Source: an uncultured Bacteroidales bacterium (lineage in GTDB: Bacteria; Bacteroidota; Bacteroidia; Bacteroidales; F082). Taken from it: DNA of 64,000 nucleotides. Numbering within the stretch: the first letter of the stretch is position 1; each line of letters begins with the position of its first letter. Below the pieces are notes generated by a model that was not told the origin of the DNA, searched no databases, and saw nothing but the letters and a program-made list of their open reading frames with translations. The position numbers were made by a program, and so were the translations under genes. The stretch spans positions 108,259 to 172,258 of the forward strand of contig ONFF01000001.1 of assembly GCA_900317055.1 (NCBI GenBank), written 5' to 3'. Positions 54,785-64,000 of the stretch are shown here, piece by piece.

Positions 54785-55537
54785 ATGAAAGTGATAGGAA
54801 TCATACCCTCCCGTTATGCTTCGACGCGCTTCCCCAGCAAGCCTTTGGCTATGATTAAAGGGAAGACGATGATTCAGCGCGTTTGGGAACAGGCTTGGAA
54901 GTCGAAATTGGACGCTGTTGTTGTAGCTACAGATGACATGCGCATTGCCGATGAAGTGTTGAAGTTTGGCGGCCAATATGTGCTGACCGACCCCAATCAT
55001 CGCAGTGGCACCGATCGTTGCCGTGAAGCGTTGTATATGGTTGAAGGACAATATGATGCTGTGGTCAACATACAAGGTGATGAGCCTTTCATCGACCCTG
55101 CCCAAATCAACCAAGTCATTGAGTTGATTGGTCGAGATGACACCCAACTGGCCTCTTTGGCCAAGCGTATTGAGGATGAGGACGAACTTTTCAGTCCCAA
55201 TGTGGTGAAAGTGGTGATGGACAAACAAGGTAACGCGCTGTATTTCAGCCGTAATCCTATACCTTTTATGCGCAATTTGGATCATGACAAATGGCTGCAA
55301 AATGGCGAGTTCTATAAGCATATCGGCCTCTATGCCTACAAGACGGAAACCTTGTGTCAAATCGCTGAAATGCAATCTACTACGCTTGAGAAGGCTGAAT
55401 CATTGGAGCAATTGCGTTGGCTGGAAAACGGCTTGCGCATCCGTATGGGGGTCACACAACTCGAAAGCCTATCTATCGATACGCAAGAGGATTATGAGAA
55501 AGCCATGCAATTTGCTCAGAATCAACTGGTAGAGTAA
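54785..55537 (+). CDS. kdsB: 3-deoxy-manno-octulosonate cytidylyltransferase
   Basis: IIPSRYASTRFPSKPL, ATDD and NIQGDEPFI motifs. Confidence 0.93.
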   Translation: MKVIGIIPSRYASTRFPSKPLAMIKGKTMIQRVWEQAWKSKLDAVVVATDDMRIADEVLKFGGQYVLTDPNHRSGTDRCREALYMVEGQYDAVVNIQGDEPFIDPAQINQVIELIGRDDTQLASLAKRIEDEDELFSPNVVKVVMDKQGNALYFSRNPIPFMRNLDHDKWLQNGEFYKHIGLYAYKTETLCQIAEMQSTTLEKAESLEQLRWLENGLRIRMGVTQLESLSIDTQEDYEKAMQFAQNQLVE

Positions 55538-55538
55538 G

Positions 55539-56474
55539 ATGATTTCGATAGCAGAAGCCATATCAGACCTTTTGTTTGTCCGCGATACTGTGGTGGTGCC
55601 AGGCTTGGGTGCTTTTGTGAAAAAGCCATTGTCGGCCAAGGTGAATCCAGTGGCAAACTATTTCACCACTCCCAATTGCGACATCGTCTTCGATGCCAAT
55701 TTGCGCGAAGATAATGATTTGATTGTCAATTATATATCGGATAAGGACCGCGTTTCGAAAAATGAGGCAAAAACGCAATTGGTGCTGTTTGTTTCGGATT
55801 GTTTTAATAATCTGAAGCAAGGCAAGAAGTATGTGCTGAAGCATATCGGCACTTTGCGCTTCGATTATGATAAAAACCTTGTGTTTGAGCAGGATAAGTC
55901 AGTGAATTACCATGCTGATGCTTTCGGATTGTGCGATTTTAGTCCTCAGCCTGTAGTTCAATCAAAGTCGAAAGAGGAGATTAAAGCGGAGATTGAACAG
56001 CAGCAGAAAGAAAAGAACACGCCAGTAACTGTGGATGAAAAGGCAGTACATGCCGACGATGAGAAGCCGCACCGTTCAGGCTGGTTGTGGGTTTTGTTGG
56101 GAATCTTGGTAGCTGCGGGTGTCCTTTATGGTTTGCATGAGTTCGGCACTATCCAATTCCCGTGGGAAGTGACGCGTGGACCAGCGAGTGCGCCTGGAAC
56201 CTATAAGTTGCCTTTCTATGAGAAGAAATGGGAATGGAAAGAGCCTGTGCGAGAGGCTAACATCTGGATTGTTGCAGGCATCTATGGACATGAAGAGGAT
56301 GCGGCTCGTATGGCTCAATCCTTGCAATGGAAAGGCTATCCTGCGGCCTTCTATGAGTTGCGGAACGACAGATGGTATGTGTCGTTCGGCCGTTATACCA
56401 CCGAAGAGGAAGCCACAACAGTGCTCCGTGAAATCAGAGCCAAGACGGAATTTAAGGCTTGGATACTAAAGTAG
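55539..56474 (+). CDS. HU-CCDC81-like N-terminal domain / SPOR domain protein
   Basis: N-terminus VVVPGLGAFVKKP...IVFDANL, a central TM helix (WLWVLLGILVAAGVLYG) and a C-terminal SPOR-like segment (WIVAGIYGHEEDAARMAQSLQWKGYPAAF). Confidence 0.78.
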   Translation: MISIAEAISDLLFVRDTVVVPGLGAFVKKPLSAKVNPVANYFTTPNCDIVFDANLREDNDLIVNYISDKDRVSKNEAKTQLVLFVSDCFNNLKQGKKYVLKHIGTLRFDYDKNLVFEQDKSVNYHADAFGLCDFSPQPVVQSKSKEEIKAEIEQQQKEKNTPVTVDEKAVHADDEKPHRSGWLWVLLGILVAAGVLYGLHEFGTIQFPWEVTRGPASAPGTYKLPFYEKKWEWKEPVREANIWIVAGIYGHEEDAARMAQSLQWKGYPAAFYELRNDRWYVSFGRYTTEEEATTVLREIRAKTEFKAWILK

Positions 56475-56509
56475 TGATAGCCCCATAGGGGCGTCAGGAT
56501 ATTAGAACA

Positions 56510-57193
56510 ATGTCAAAAAAGAATAAACTAGAACGATTCGCTGAGAACAAGACCTTCCCGAACTTGTTCGAATACAGCTATGAACGCATCATGAGCGAGG
56601 GCTTCCCGCTGCAAGGCAAGTGGCATGCCGACTTCTTCCACAACGACAACCCCATCGTGCTCGAGTTGGGTTGCGGCAAGGGTGAGTACACGGTTGGCTT
56701 GGCTCGTGCCCATCGAGACATTAATTATATAGGTGTCGACATCAAAGGCGCTCGCATCTGGCGTGGTCTGAAGCAGTCGAACGAGGAAGGCCTGAAGAAT
56801 GTGGCGTTCCTTCGTGCCCGCATCGACCAGATCGAGCATTTCTTCGCCAAGGACGAAGTGGCCGAGATTTGGGTCACCTTCCCCGACCCGCATCCAGGTG
56901 AGGGCGAACGCAACGCCCGCCATCGTCTCACTTCACCCGAGTTCCTCGACCGTTATCGCAAGATTGTCCGTCCTGATGGCATCCTTAACCTAAAGACCGA
57001 TAGCCCCATCATGTACGAGTTCACCCTCCATGATGTGGTGGAGAAGCAGGGACTGCCGCTGCTCTATGCCACCGATGACCTCTACGCGAACGATGACAAC
57101 CTTGAAGTGAAGACCATCCGCACCTTCTACGAACAAATGTGGCTCGACCAAGGCCTCACCATCAAATACATCCGATTCAAGATAAATCCATAA
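56510..57193 (+). CDS. trmB: tRNA (guanine46-N7)-methyltransferase
   Basis: LELGCGKGEYTVGLA, VDIKG and WVTFPDPH motifs. Confidence 0.9.
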   Translation: MSKKNKLERFAENKTFPNLFEYSYERIMSEGFPLQGKWHADFFHNDNPIVLELGCGKGEYTVGLARAHRDINYIGVDIKGARIWRGLKQSNEEGLKNVAFLRARIDQIEHFFAKDEVAEIWVTFPDPHPGEGERNARHRLTSPEFLDRYRKIVRPDGILNLKTDSPIMYEFTLHDVVEKQGLPLLYATDDLYANDDNLEVKTIRTFYEQMWLDQGLTIKYIRFKINP

Positions 57194-57201
57194 TACTCTG
57201 A

Positions 57202-57290
57202 CCACTGGCTTCTGGCAGCTTCACATAATGCCAAAAGTTCAAGCCTCTGTTCAAGCTGCCAACGGCCAGTAGCCAAAAGCCAGTAGCCAA
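57202..57290. repeat. intergenic hairpin plus tandem GCCAGTAGCCAA repeat
   Basis: ccactggcttctggcagctt pairs with aagctgccaacggccagt. A direct repeat gccagtagccaa occurs at 57266-57277 and 57279-57290. Confidence 0.65.
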
Positions 57291-57325
57291 CGATTAAACA
57301 GTTAAACAATCAACACTTCAACAAT

Positions 57326-58843
57326 ATGTATACCGACGACAAACAACTCTACATTGCGCATTGCGACAACGGTCCCATCTATATGATTGGCAAGATGGCC
57401 AACCGTCACGGCATGATTGCGGGAGCCACGGGTACGGGTAAGACCGTCACCCTACAGGTGCTCGCCGAAACATTCTGCGAAGCAGGCGTACCTTGCTTCA
57501 TGGCCGACATGAAAGGCGACCTCTCGGGCATCAGCCAACCCGGACAAATGAGCGGCTTCATCGAGAAGCGTTGCCCTGAGTTTGGTATTGAAAACCCACA
57601 ATTCCACGGCTGCCCCACACGGTTCTTCGATGTGTATGGCGAGCAGGGTCACCCGCTCAGAGCTACCATTTCCGACATGGGTCCCCAACTGCTGGCTCGA
57701 CTGCTCGACCTCAACGAGACCCAAACAGGTATTCTGAACATCGTCTTCAAGATTGCCGATGACCAAGGCCTTTTGCTCATCGACATGAAAGACTTGCGGA
57801 TGATGCTCGACTATGTGGCGAAAAATGCCAAGGAATATACCACGACTTACGGAACGGTGTCGTCGGTGAGCGTGGGTGCTATCCAGCGTGCCTTGTTGGC
57901 TTTGGAGGCCGAAGGCGGCGAGATCTTCTTTGGTGAGCCTTCGTTCAATGCCTTGGACTTCCTCCAGACCGAAGGAGGTCGCGGTGTGATGAATGTGTTG
58001 GCTGCCGATAAGCTGATGCTCAATCCCAAGCTCTATTCCACCTTCTTGCTGTGGCTGCTGAGTGAGCTCTATGAACAGCTGCCCGAGGTCGGTGACCTCG
58101 AATTGCCCAAGTTGATCTTCTTCTTCGATGAGGCCCACATGTTGTTCAAGGACACCTCCAAGGCCTTGATTGACAAGATTGAGCAGGTCATCCGCTTGGT
58201 GCGTTCCAAGGGCGTGGGCGTCTATTTCGTCACCCAAAGCCCGAGCGACATTCCTGAAGTCATTGCCGGTCAGCTCGGTAACCGCGTCTTGCACGGACTG
58301 AGAGCCTATACGCCCAAAGACCAGAAGACCGTTAAAGCGGCGGCACAGACTTTCCGCGCCAATCCCAGCTTCAATACCGAAGCGGCCATCTTGGAACTCG
58401 GTACGGGTGAGGCTTTGGTCTCCTTCCTTGACGAGAAGGGTGCACCTTGTGTCGTTGAGCGCGCCAAGATTCTCTTCCCACTGAGCCAAATCGGTGCCAT
58501 CACCGAGGGACAGCGCACCGCCTTGATCCGTAACTCGCGCCTCTATGGCATCTACGACAAGAGTTTCGACCGCGAGAGCGCATACGAACTCCTCATCGAA
58601 CAGCAGAAACAAGAGGAAAAGCGTCGCCAACGCGAAGAAGAAGAGGAAGAGAAGCGCCTGGCTAAGGAAGCGAAGGAAAAGGAACGCTCAAGAAGTACCA
58701 GCTCGCGTAGCACAAGCTCCAAGAAGAAGTCAGCCACAAGGAAAGCCGTCGAGAAGACCATCAATACGACGGCGACGACCTTCGGACGCCAACTCGGCAA
58801 GTCGATTTTCCGAGGACTTTTGGGCGGCATATTCAAGAAGTGA
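57326..58843 (+). CDS. DUF853-family (HerA/YjgR-like) P-loop ATPase
   Basis: Walker A GATGTGKT, Walker [10 protein letters not shown] and a charged K/R/E/S-rich C-terminal tail. Confidence 0.88.
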   Translation: MYTDDKQLYIAHCDNGPIYMIGKMANRHGMIAGATGTGKTVTLQVLAETFCEAGVPCFMADMKGDLSGISQPGQMSGFIEKRCPEFGIENPQFHGCPTRFFDVYGEQGHPLRATISDMGPQLLARLLDLNETQTGILNIVFKIADDQGLLLIDMKDLRMMLDYVAKNAKEYTTTYGTVSSVSVGAIQRALLALEAEGGEIFFGEPSFNALDFLQTEGGRGVMNVLAADKLMLNPKLYSTFLLWLLSELYEQLPEVGDLELPKLIFFFDEAHMLFKDTSKALIDKIEQVIRLVRSKGVGVYFVTQSPSDIPEVIAGQLGNRVLHGLRAYTPKDQKTVKAAAQTFRANPSFNTEAAILELGTGEALVSFLDEKGAPCVVERAKILFPLSQIGAITEGQRTALIRNSRLYGIYDKSFDRESAYELLIEQQKQEEKRRQREEEEEEKRLAKEAKEKERSRSTSSRSTSSKKKSATRKAVEKTINTTATTFGRQLGKSIFRGLLGGIFKK

Positions 58844-58844
58844 T

Positions 58845-58876
58845 TAAAAAAGGAAGGCTACGGCCTTCCTTTTTTA
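58845..58876. terminator. bidirectional rho-independent terminator
   Basis: aaaaaa-aggaaggc-tacg-gccttcct-ttttt between the convergent DUF853 and pcm genes. Confidence 0.8.
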
Positions 58877-59539
58877 ATCATTCCCGATCTCCTTCAGCAT
58901 CGGCACAAACTTGAAGTCGCCGAATTCCTCTTTTTTCAATGAACCGTCATCCATTTTGGTGACTCTCAGCATGGTCTGCCCGTCGCCTTCTGCGTTGTCC
59001 ATGGGGATGACCATGATGCCGCCTGGTTTCATCTGTTCAATGAGTTTTTCAGGGATGCTGGGAGCACCTGCCGTGATGATGACGCGGTCGAAAGGCTGGT
59101 AGGTGGGCAATCCCTCATATCCGTCACCCAAAAAGGTCTTCACGCGGAAAGGCAGTTGCTCAAGGATTTCCTTGGTCTTGAAATAAAGATTGCGTTGCCG
59201 CTCGATGCTGAATACCTTGGCACCCATCGCGGCCAACACACAAGCTTGGTAGCCCGAGCCTGTGCCGATTTCAAGTACTTTCATCCCTTTTTCGATTTGC
59301 AACAACTGGGTTTGTGAAGCCACGGTTGACGGTTGCGAGATGGTCTGTCCCGAGCCGATGGGGAAGGCCTGGTCCTGATAGGCGAGTTCGACGAAAGAGG
59401 AGTCAAGGAAAACATGGCGCGGCACCTCGTTGATGGCCGACAACACGGCCTCGTCGGTGATGCCTTTGGCGCGCAGTTGGTCAACGAGTTGCTTGCGCAG
59501 ACCTTTGTGACGGTAATTGTCTTCTGGTTGGGTGTTCAT
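58874..59539 (-). CDS. pcm: protein-L-isoaspartate O-methyltransferase
   Basis: QTISQPSTVA and LEIGTGSGYQACVLA motifs; 221 aa. Confidence 0.9.
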   Translation of the reverse strand: MNTQPEDNYRHKGLRKQLVDQLRAKGITDEAVLSAINEVPRHVFLDSSFVELAYQDQAFPIGSGQTISQPSTVASQTQLLQIEKGMKVLEIGTGSGYQACVLAAMGAKVFSIERQRNLYFKTKEILEQLPFRVKTFLGDGYEGLPTYQPFDRVIITAGAPSIPEKLIEQMKPGGIMVIPMDNAEGDGQTMLRVTKMDDGSLKKEEFGDFKFVPMLKEIGND

Positions 59540-59621
59540 ACTTCGATATGCGGCGCGAAATTACGGTAAAATCTGGCTCGCCGAAACGATAAAAAGACTA
59601 TTTTTGCGCAAATTTTAAATC

Positions 59622-60608
59622 ATGCTGAAAATTGGTGTTTTAGGTGCGGGACATTTGGGAAAGATCCATCTTAACTGTATCAAGCAGATTGAGGAATATA
59701 ATTTGGTTGGTTTTTTTGACCCCGCCAGCCAAACTGCGAAACAGGTAGAAGAGGAAATCGGAGTGAAATGCTTCGACTCTGTTGATTCACTGATTGATGC
59801 TGTGGATGTGGTCGACATTGTCACACCAACCATACGCCATTTTGAGTGTGCCTCAAAGGCCTTGCAGAAACGCAAGCATGTCTTCATCGAAAAACCTATT
59901 GTGGCCACACCCGAGGAGGCCAATGCCTTGAAGAAGTTGGCTGACGAAGCTGGTGTCAAGGTGCAAGTTGGGCATGTGGAACGCTTCAATCCGGCCTTTA
60001 TTGCTGCCGAGCCTTTTATTCAAGACCCGCTCTTCATCGAAGCACATCGTTTGGCTTTGTTCAACCCGCGTGGCACCGATGTCCCCGTCGTGCTCGACTT
60101 GATGGTGCATGACCTCGATATTCTCCTCACTATCGTCAAGTCGCCTGTGGCGCATATCAGTGCAAGCGGCGTGAGCATCGTCAGTCCAACACCCGACATC
60201 ACCAATGTACGCATCGAGTTCGAGAATGGTACAGTGGCCAACCTCACGGCCTCGCGACTCTCGCTGAAGAACATGCGCAAGACCCGCATCTTCCAAAAAG
60301 GAGCCTACATCACTGTTGACTTCCTTGACAAGAAAGCCGAGATTTTCCGCATCAATGATGAGGTGGACGAGACCAATCCGCTTTCGACAACCATTAACCT
60401 GGCCGATGGCTCCGAAAAACAGATTACTTTCGAGATGCCTGAGATTCATCCGATTAACGCAATCAAGACGGAGTTGGAAAGCTTTTACTCGGCTATTGTA
60501 CACAATACCACGCCTGCTGTCACCATCGATGACGGCATCAATGTACTGAAACTCGCTTACCGCATTTTGGATGCCGTCGACGAATCCATTGCCAAGGTAC
60601 AGAAATAA
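59622..60608 (+). CDS. Gfo/Idh/MocA-family oxidoreductase
   Basis: Rossmann N-terminus MLKIGVLGAGHLGKIH with EKP motif HVFIEKP. Confidence 0.85.
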   Translation: MLKIGVLGAGHLGKIHLNCIKQIEEYNLVGFFDPASQTAKQVEEEIGVKCFDSVDSLIDAVDVVDIVTPTIRHFECASKALQKRKHVFIEKPIVATPEEANALKKLADEAGVKVQVGHVERFNPAFIAAEPFIQDPLFIEAHRLALFNPRGTDVPVVLDLMVHDLDILLTIVKSPVAHISASGVSIVSPTPDITNVRIEFENGTVANLTASRLSLKNMRKTRIFQKGAYITVDFLDKKAEIFRINDEVDETNPLSTTINLADGSEKQITFEMPEIHPINAIKTELESFYSAIVHNTTPAVTIDDGINVLKLAYRILDAVDESIAKVQK

Positions 60609-60665
60609 AAACTCCCAGAAACAATATTCATGAAGCCTAGCCGTTACCATATTAAATATAGTTCT

Positions 60666-61634
60666 ATGACAAGGAGTTCTATCTTTTCTGTCATGCTGGG
60701 GCTTTTTGCCCTTGCGTTGACAGCCACATCGTGCAACAAGTTTGAAGGAGGGCAAACCGTGCCAGCCTACATACATATCGAGTCCGTCGAAATGGACTCG
60801 CTTACGGATTATTTTGTCTATGGCGCCAACACGCACAAAATCACCGATGCCTGGGTGTATATCGACGATAATCCCATCGGCTGCTATGAGCTTCCGAGTA
60901 CATTTCCCGTTCTGAAAAAAGGCCCGCACAAAGTGACTATCTATGGCGGCATCAAGGTGAACGGCATTTCGGCTTCGCGCGACAGGTATCCGTTCTACAT
61001 GCCTCGCATTTACCAGAATGTGAATCTTGTTGAGGACAGTATCGTCAACTTAAGTCCCTCGCTGAGTTATTATCCCATAGGTGAAGGTGTCAACATGGGA
61101 TGGATGGAGGATTTCGAAAACACCAACTCCCTTTTGCCCGATGACAGCAGCGACACGAGCATGGTGCGTTTCGCAGGCGAAGGGGCATGGCATTCGACCA
61201 ACTCGTTCTTCTCGGGAAAGGTGGAACTGCCACCCGATACGATGGATTTCACTGTCATCACCGCCGACAAGTTCGATTTCTATAAAGGCACATACGGTGT
61301 GTATTGCCTGCTGGAGATGGACTATAGCTGCAACGATACCTTCTTCGTTGGCGTCCAGTATTTTAAGAACTATCAACTAGAGATGATGCCTTTGGTGAAG
61401 GTGACGCCTACCGACAAGGAACACGACAAACCCCAGCGTTGGAACAAGATCTACATCAACATTGGCCCGACGATGAACAACAATGTGACTTCCGACTATT
61501 TCAAGATCTATCTTACTTCCGACTTGACCACCGACCAGGATGTGCTTTATGGCAATGTGTATCATCCCGCCAACGAGCCACGCTATTATTATTTCGATAA
61601 CCTGAAACTGCTTTATCGCAACCTAACGCAATGA
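60666..61634 (+). CDS. hypothetical lipoprotein
   Basis: MTRSSIFSVMLGLFALALTATSC lipobox. An alternative upstream ATG is at 60630. There is an ATGA overlap with the downstream sugar transferase gene. Confidence 0.6.
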   Translation: MTRSSIFSVMLGLFALALTATSCNKFEGGQTVPAYIHIESVEMDSLTDYFVYGANTHKITDAWVYIDDNPIGCYELPSTFPVLKKGPHKVTIYGGIKVNGISASRDRYPFYMPRIYQNVNLVEDSIVNLSPSLSYYPIGEGVNMGWMEDFENTNSLLPDDSSDTSMVRFAGEGAWHSTNSFFSGKVELPPDTMDFTVITADKFDFYKGTYGVYCLLEMDYSCNDTFFVGVQYFKNYQLEMMPLVKVTPTDKEHDKPQRWNKIYINIGPTMNNNVTSDYFKIYLTSDLTTDQDVLYGNVYHPANEPRYYYFDNLKLLYRNLTQ

Positions 61635-63055
61635 ACAAGAAAAGATTAGCATCGCTCTATTTCGTCGTCGATTGGTTGGCTTCCATTCTGGCGTGGACCT
61701 TGTTTTATTTCTTCCGCAAGGCGCACGAAGACCTCTACATCAATTATTGGGACCGCATCACGAATTCTTTCAATACACCTAGTTTTTGGCTGGGAGTAGT
61801 CATCATTCCTATTTCCTGGCTTATTCTTCATGCCGTTTCGGGTGCCTATGAGAAGGTTTACCAAAAGTCGAGGCTGAAGGAGTTGGGACAGACGTTTTTC
61901 ATCACCTTGTTGGGTGTAATCGTGCTTTTCTTCGTGGTCATTCTTGATGATGAAGTTGCTTCGTATAAGTCTTATTATCAATCGTTTATAGCATTATTTA
62001 CCCTTCAGTTCGTCATCACTTACATTCCTCGTGTCATCATCACCACCTCGGTGATTTCGAGGATTCGAAGCAAGAAAATAGGGTTCAACACGCTCATCGT
62101 GGGCAGCAACGATAATGCCTGTGCCATCTTTAAGGAAATCGAGGAGGAGGTGAAGCCCTCGGGTCGCCGACTGATAGGTTTCCTCAATGTGTACGACAAG
62201 AAGGAATATAAGCTTGCTGAATATCTCCCTCGTTTGGGCTCCTATCGTGAAATTGAACAGATTGTGAAGGAGAAAAATGTGGAAGAGGTCATCATCGCCA
62301 TCGAGCGTTCAGAGGTGGAGACGATGAAAGTGCTGCTCTCAGTGGTTGACACGACCGATGCCAATGTGAAAATCATCCCCGCCATGCAGGACTTGGTCTT
62401 CGGTACCGTCAAGCAATCGGCCATTTGGCAGGCACCTTTGGTGCAGGTCACGCCCGAGTTGATGCCCGTGTGGCAGAGAGTGGTGAAACGCGCTTTCGAC
62501 ATTGTGGCTTCTGCGTTGGCACTTATTATCTTGTCGCCAGTGTTCTTGGCTTGTGCCATCATCGTGAAGGCCACCTCAAAAGGACCGATTTTCTATGTGC
62601 AGGAACGCATCGGTAAAGGAGGCAAGCCTTTCAACATGGCTAAGTTCCGCAGTATGAGGGTCGATGCCGAGTCGAGCGGCACGCCACAGCTCTCGAGCGA
62701 CGACGACCCGCGCATCACCAAGTTTGGTAAGTTCATGCGTAAGGTGCGCCTTGACGAAATCCCACAGTTCTGGACGGTGCTGAAGGGCAAGATGTCGTTG
62801 GTGGGCTATCGCCCTGAGCGTCAGTATTTCATTGACAAAATCATGGAAAAGGCTCCTTATTATCGCTTGTTGCTGAAGGTGAAGCCAGGCATCACCAGCT
62901 GGGGCGAAGTGAAATATGGTTATGCCGAGAATGTCGATGAGATGATCGAGCGCCTGAAATATGATGTGCTCTACATCGAGAATGTGAATCTTGCCTTGGA
63001 CATCAAGATTTTGATTTACACGGTTTTAATCGTTATCCAAGGGCGCGGAAAGTGA
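61631..63055 (+). CDS. polyprenyl-phosphate sugar phosphotransferase (WbaP/exopolysaccharide type)
   Basis: N-terminal TM helices. The C-terminal bacterial sugar transferase domain is [21 protein letters not shown] ... KFRSM ... [38 protein letters not shown]. Confidence 0.9.
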   Translation: MNKKRLASLYFVVDWLASILAWTLFYFFRKAHEDLYINYWDRITNSFNTPSFWLGVVIIPISWLILHAVSGAYEKVYQKSRLKELGQTFFITLLGVIVLFFVVILDDEVASYKSYYQSFIALFTLQFVITYIPRVIITTSVISRIRSKKIGFNTLIVGSNDNACAIFKEIEEEVKPSGRRLIGFLNVYDKKEYKLAEYLPRLGSYREIEQIVKEKNVEEVIIAIERSEVETMKVLLSVVDTTDANVKIIPAMQDLVFGTVKQSAIWQAPLVQVTPELMPVWQRVVKRAFDIVASALALIILSPVFLACAIIVKATSKGPIFYVQERIGKGGKPFNMAKFRSMRVDAESSGTPQLSSDDDPRITKFGKFMRKVRLDEIPQFWTVLKGKMSLVGYRPERQYFIDKIMEKAPYYRLLLKVKPGITSWGEVKYGYAENVDEMIERLKYDVLYIENVNLALDIKILIYTVLIVIQGRGK

Positions 63056-63634
63056 TTCTCTTTCCTCTCGCGCCTTAAGGTAACAAGCCCTACACAGCGG
63101 TTCGTAGCTTTCCGTTTCTCCCAATACCACCAATTTGTCGCCTGCGATGGTGCGGTGCGAGAACTGCGCTTGACTGCCGCAGCGCACGCAAATGGCGTGT
63201 ACCTTGGTGACATCTTCGGCAATGGCCATCAGCTTCGGCATGGGGCCGAAAGGCTTGCCCATGAAGTCCATGTCCAAGCCAGCGATGATGACGCGTACCC
63301 CTTGGTTGGCCAACTGCTCGCATACATTAGGCAGCTCATCGTCAAGGAATTGGGCTTCGTCGATGCCGATGACGTCCACATCGTTCGCGTAAAAAAGAAT
63401 CTCATTGGCACTCTCCACAGGGATGGAATGCAGAGCAGTGGCATTGTGCGACACCACATCCTCCTCACTGTAGCGAGTGTCCACACCAGGTTTGAAAATC
63501 TCCACCTTTAGTTTGGCGATTTTTGCGCGTTTCAACCTACGGATCAATTCCTCCGTTTTGCCTGAAAACATGGAGCCGCAAATCACTTCGATCCATCCTT
63601 GCGACCTATTATGAGAATCTTTTTCAATAAACAT
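63026..63634 (-). CDS. tdk: thymidine kinase
   Basis: P-loop [16 protein letters not shown] and zinc-ribbon cysteines CVRCG ... CRAC. It overlaps the convergent sugar transferase gene by 30 nt. Confidence 0.93.
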   Translation of the reverse strand: MFIEKDSHNRSQGWIEVICGSMFSGKTEELIRRLKRAKIAKLKVEIFKPGVDTRYSEEDVVSHNATALHSIPVESANEILFYANDVDVIGIDEAQFLDDELPNVCEQLANQGVRVIIAGLDMDFMGKPFGPMPKLMAIAEDVTKVHAICVRCGSQAQFSHRTIAGDKLVVLGETESYEPLCRACYLKAREERESLSAPLDND

Positions 63635-63691
63635 ACCTTAATTATTAGGAATATTTGTAATTTAGCACCCAAAATTAGAGATAAATCCTTT

Positions 63692-64000
63692 ATGAACGAC
63701 AAGTTTGAGAACCAAAAAGAAAAATTGATTTCTATCAAGCAGGAAATCAGTTTGTTATACCAACAAGTCAACTACCTTCTAAGAAACGAAAAACCCCTTG
63801 AACTGCTCGATTTGGATGTGCTGATGAACCGCACGCACACCCTTTACGACCAGCTTTGTTCCATCAATGTGGGGGATGAGAGCCTTGACGAGGATCTCCC
63901 GTTTGATGCTGAAGCATTTTCAGGCCTTTTTGGTGGCATGATGCAGAATGAGGCTGAGGAGGAGTCGAACGATGAGGTGGCTTCAACTGAGGAAGAAGCT
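63692..64000 (+). CDS. hypothetical protein, 3' end beyond the window
   Basis: The ATG at 63692 opens a frame with no stop to nt 64000 (MNDKFENQKEKLISIKQEISLLYQQVNYLL... then an acidic tract). It is absent from the ORF track because it is unterminated. Confidence 0.45.
   Translation, partial: MNDKFENQKEKLISIKQEISLLYQQVNYLLRNEKPLELLDLDVLMNRTHTLYDQLCSINVGDESLDEDLPFDAEAFSGLFGGMMQNEAEEESNDEVASTEEEA

Overview
This 64-kb chromosomal window reads as Bacteroidota, order Bacteroidales, probably Prevotellaceae-like (inference). Many genes are preceded by the Bacteroidetes -7 promoter box TAnnTTTG rather than a Shine-Dalgarno site. Two proteins end in type-A T9SS C-terminal sorting domains. Gene content also fits (PorW/SprE-like TPR protein, OPT transporter, HU-CCDC81/SPOR protein, DUF2851, DUF389). 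I call about 56 protein genes and two tRNA-Ala genes. I saw no rRNA, CRISPR array, transposase, integrase or phage genes. The backbone is housekeeping: folE, fabD, S41 peptidase, sufE plus a DUF59 protein, trkH, mfd, zapA, rny, tgt, an LptF/G-type permease, kdsB, trmB, pcm and tdk. The accessory and unusual content is as follows. (1) A 3117-aa mosaic T9SS cargo protein has triplicated HagA/gingipain-type adhesin modules. (2) A C10 cysteine peptidase and an S8 serine peptidase share uncharacterised modules with that giant protein. (3) Four paralogous small lipoprotein genes lie in tandem, followed by a polytopic membrane protein and a membrane-anchored AraC-type regulator. (4) An AT-rich thioredoxin-fold/XRE block is associated with palindromic repeats. 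(5) Two copies of a ~130-bp element with terminal inverted repeats are present. (6) Several intergenic hairpins have arms made of short tandem repeats. (7) A 270-nt structured non-coding gap between zapA and rny may encode an RNA. No single locus can be proven to be a new system from sequence alone; the lipoprotein array with its regulator and the shared cargo modules are the best leads. All functional calls come from motif recognition by eye. No BLAST, HMM or folding computation was possible, so family names are hypotheses to verify.
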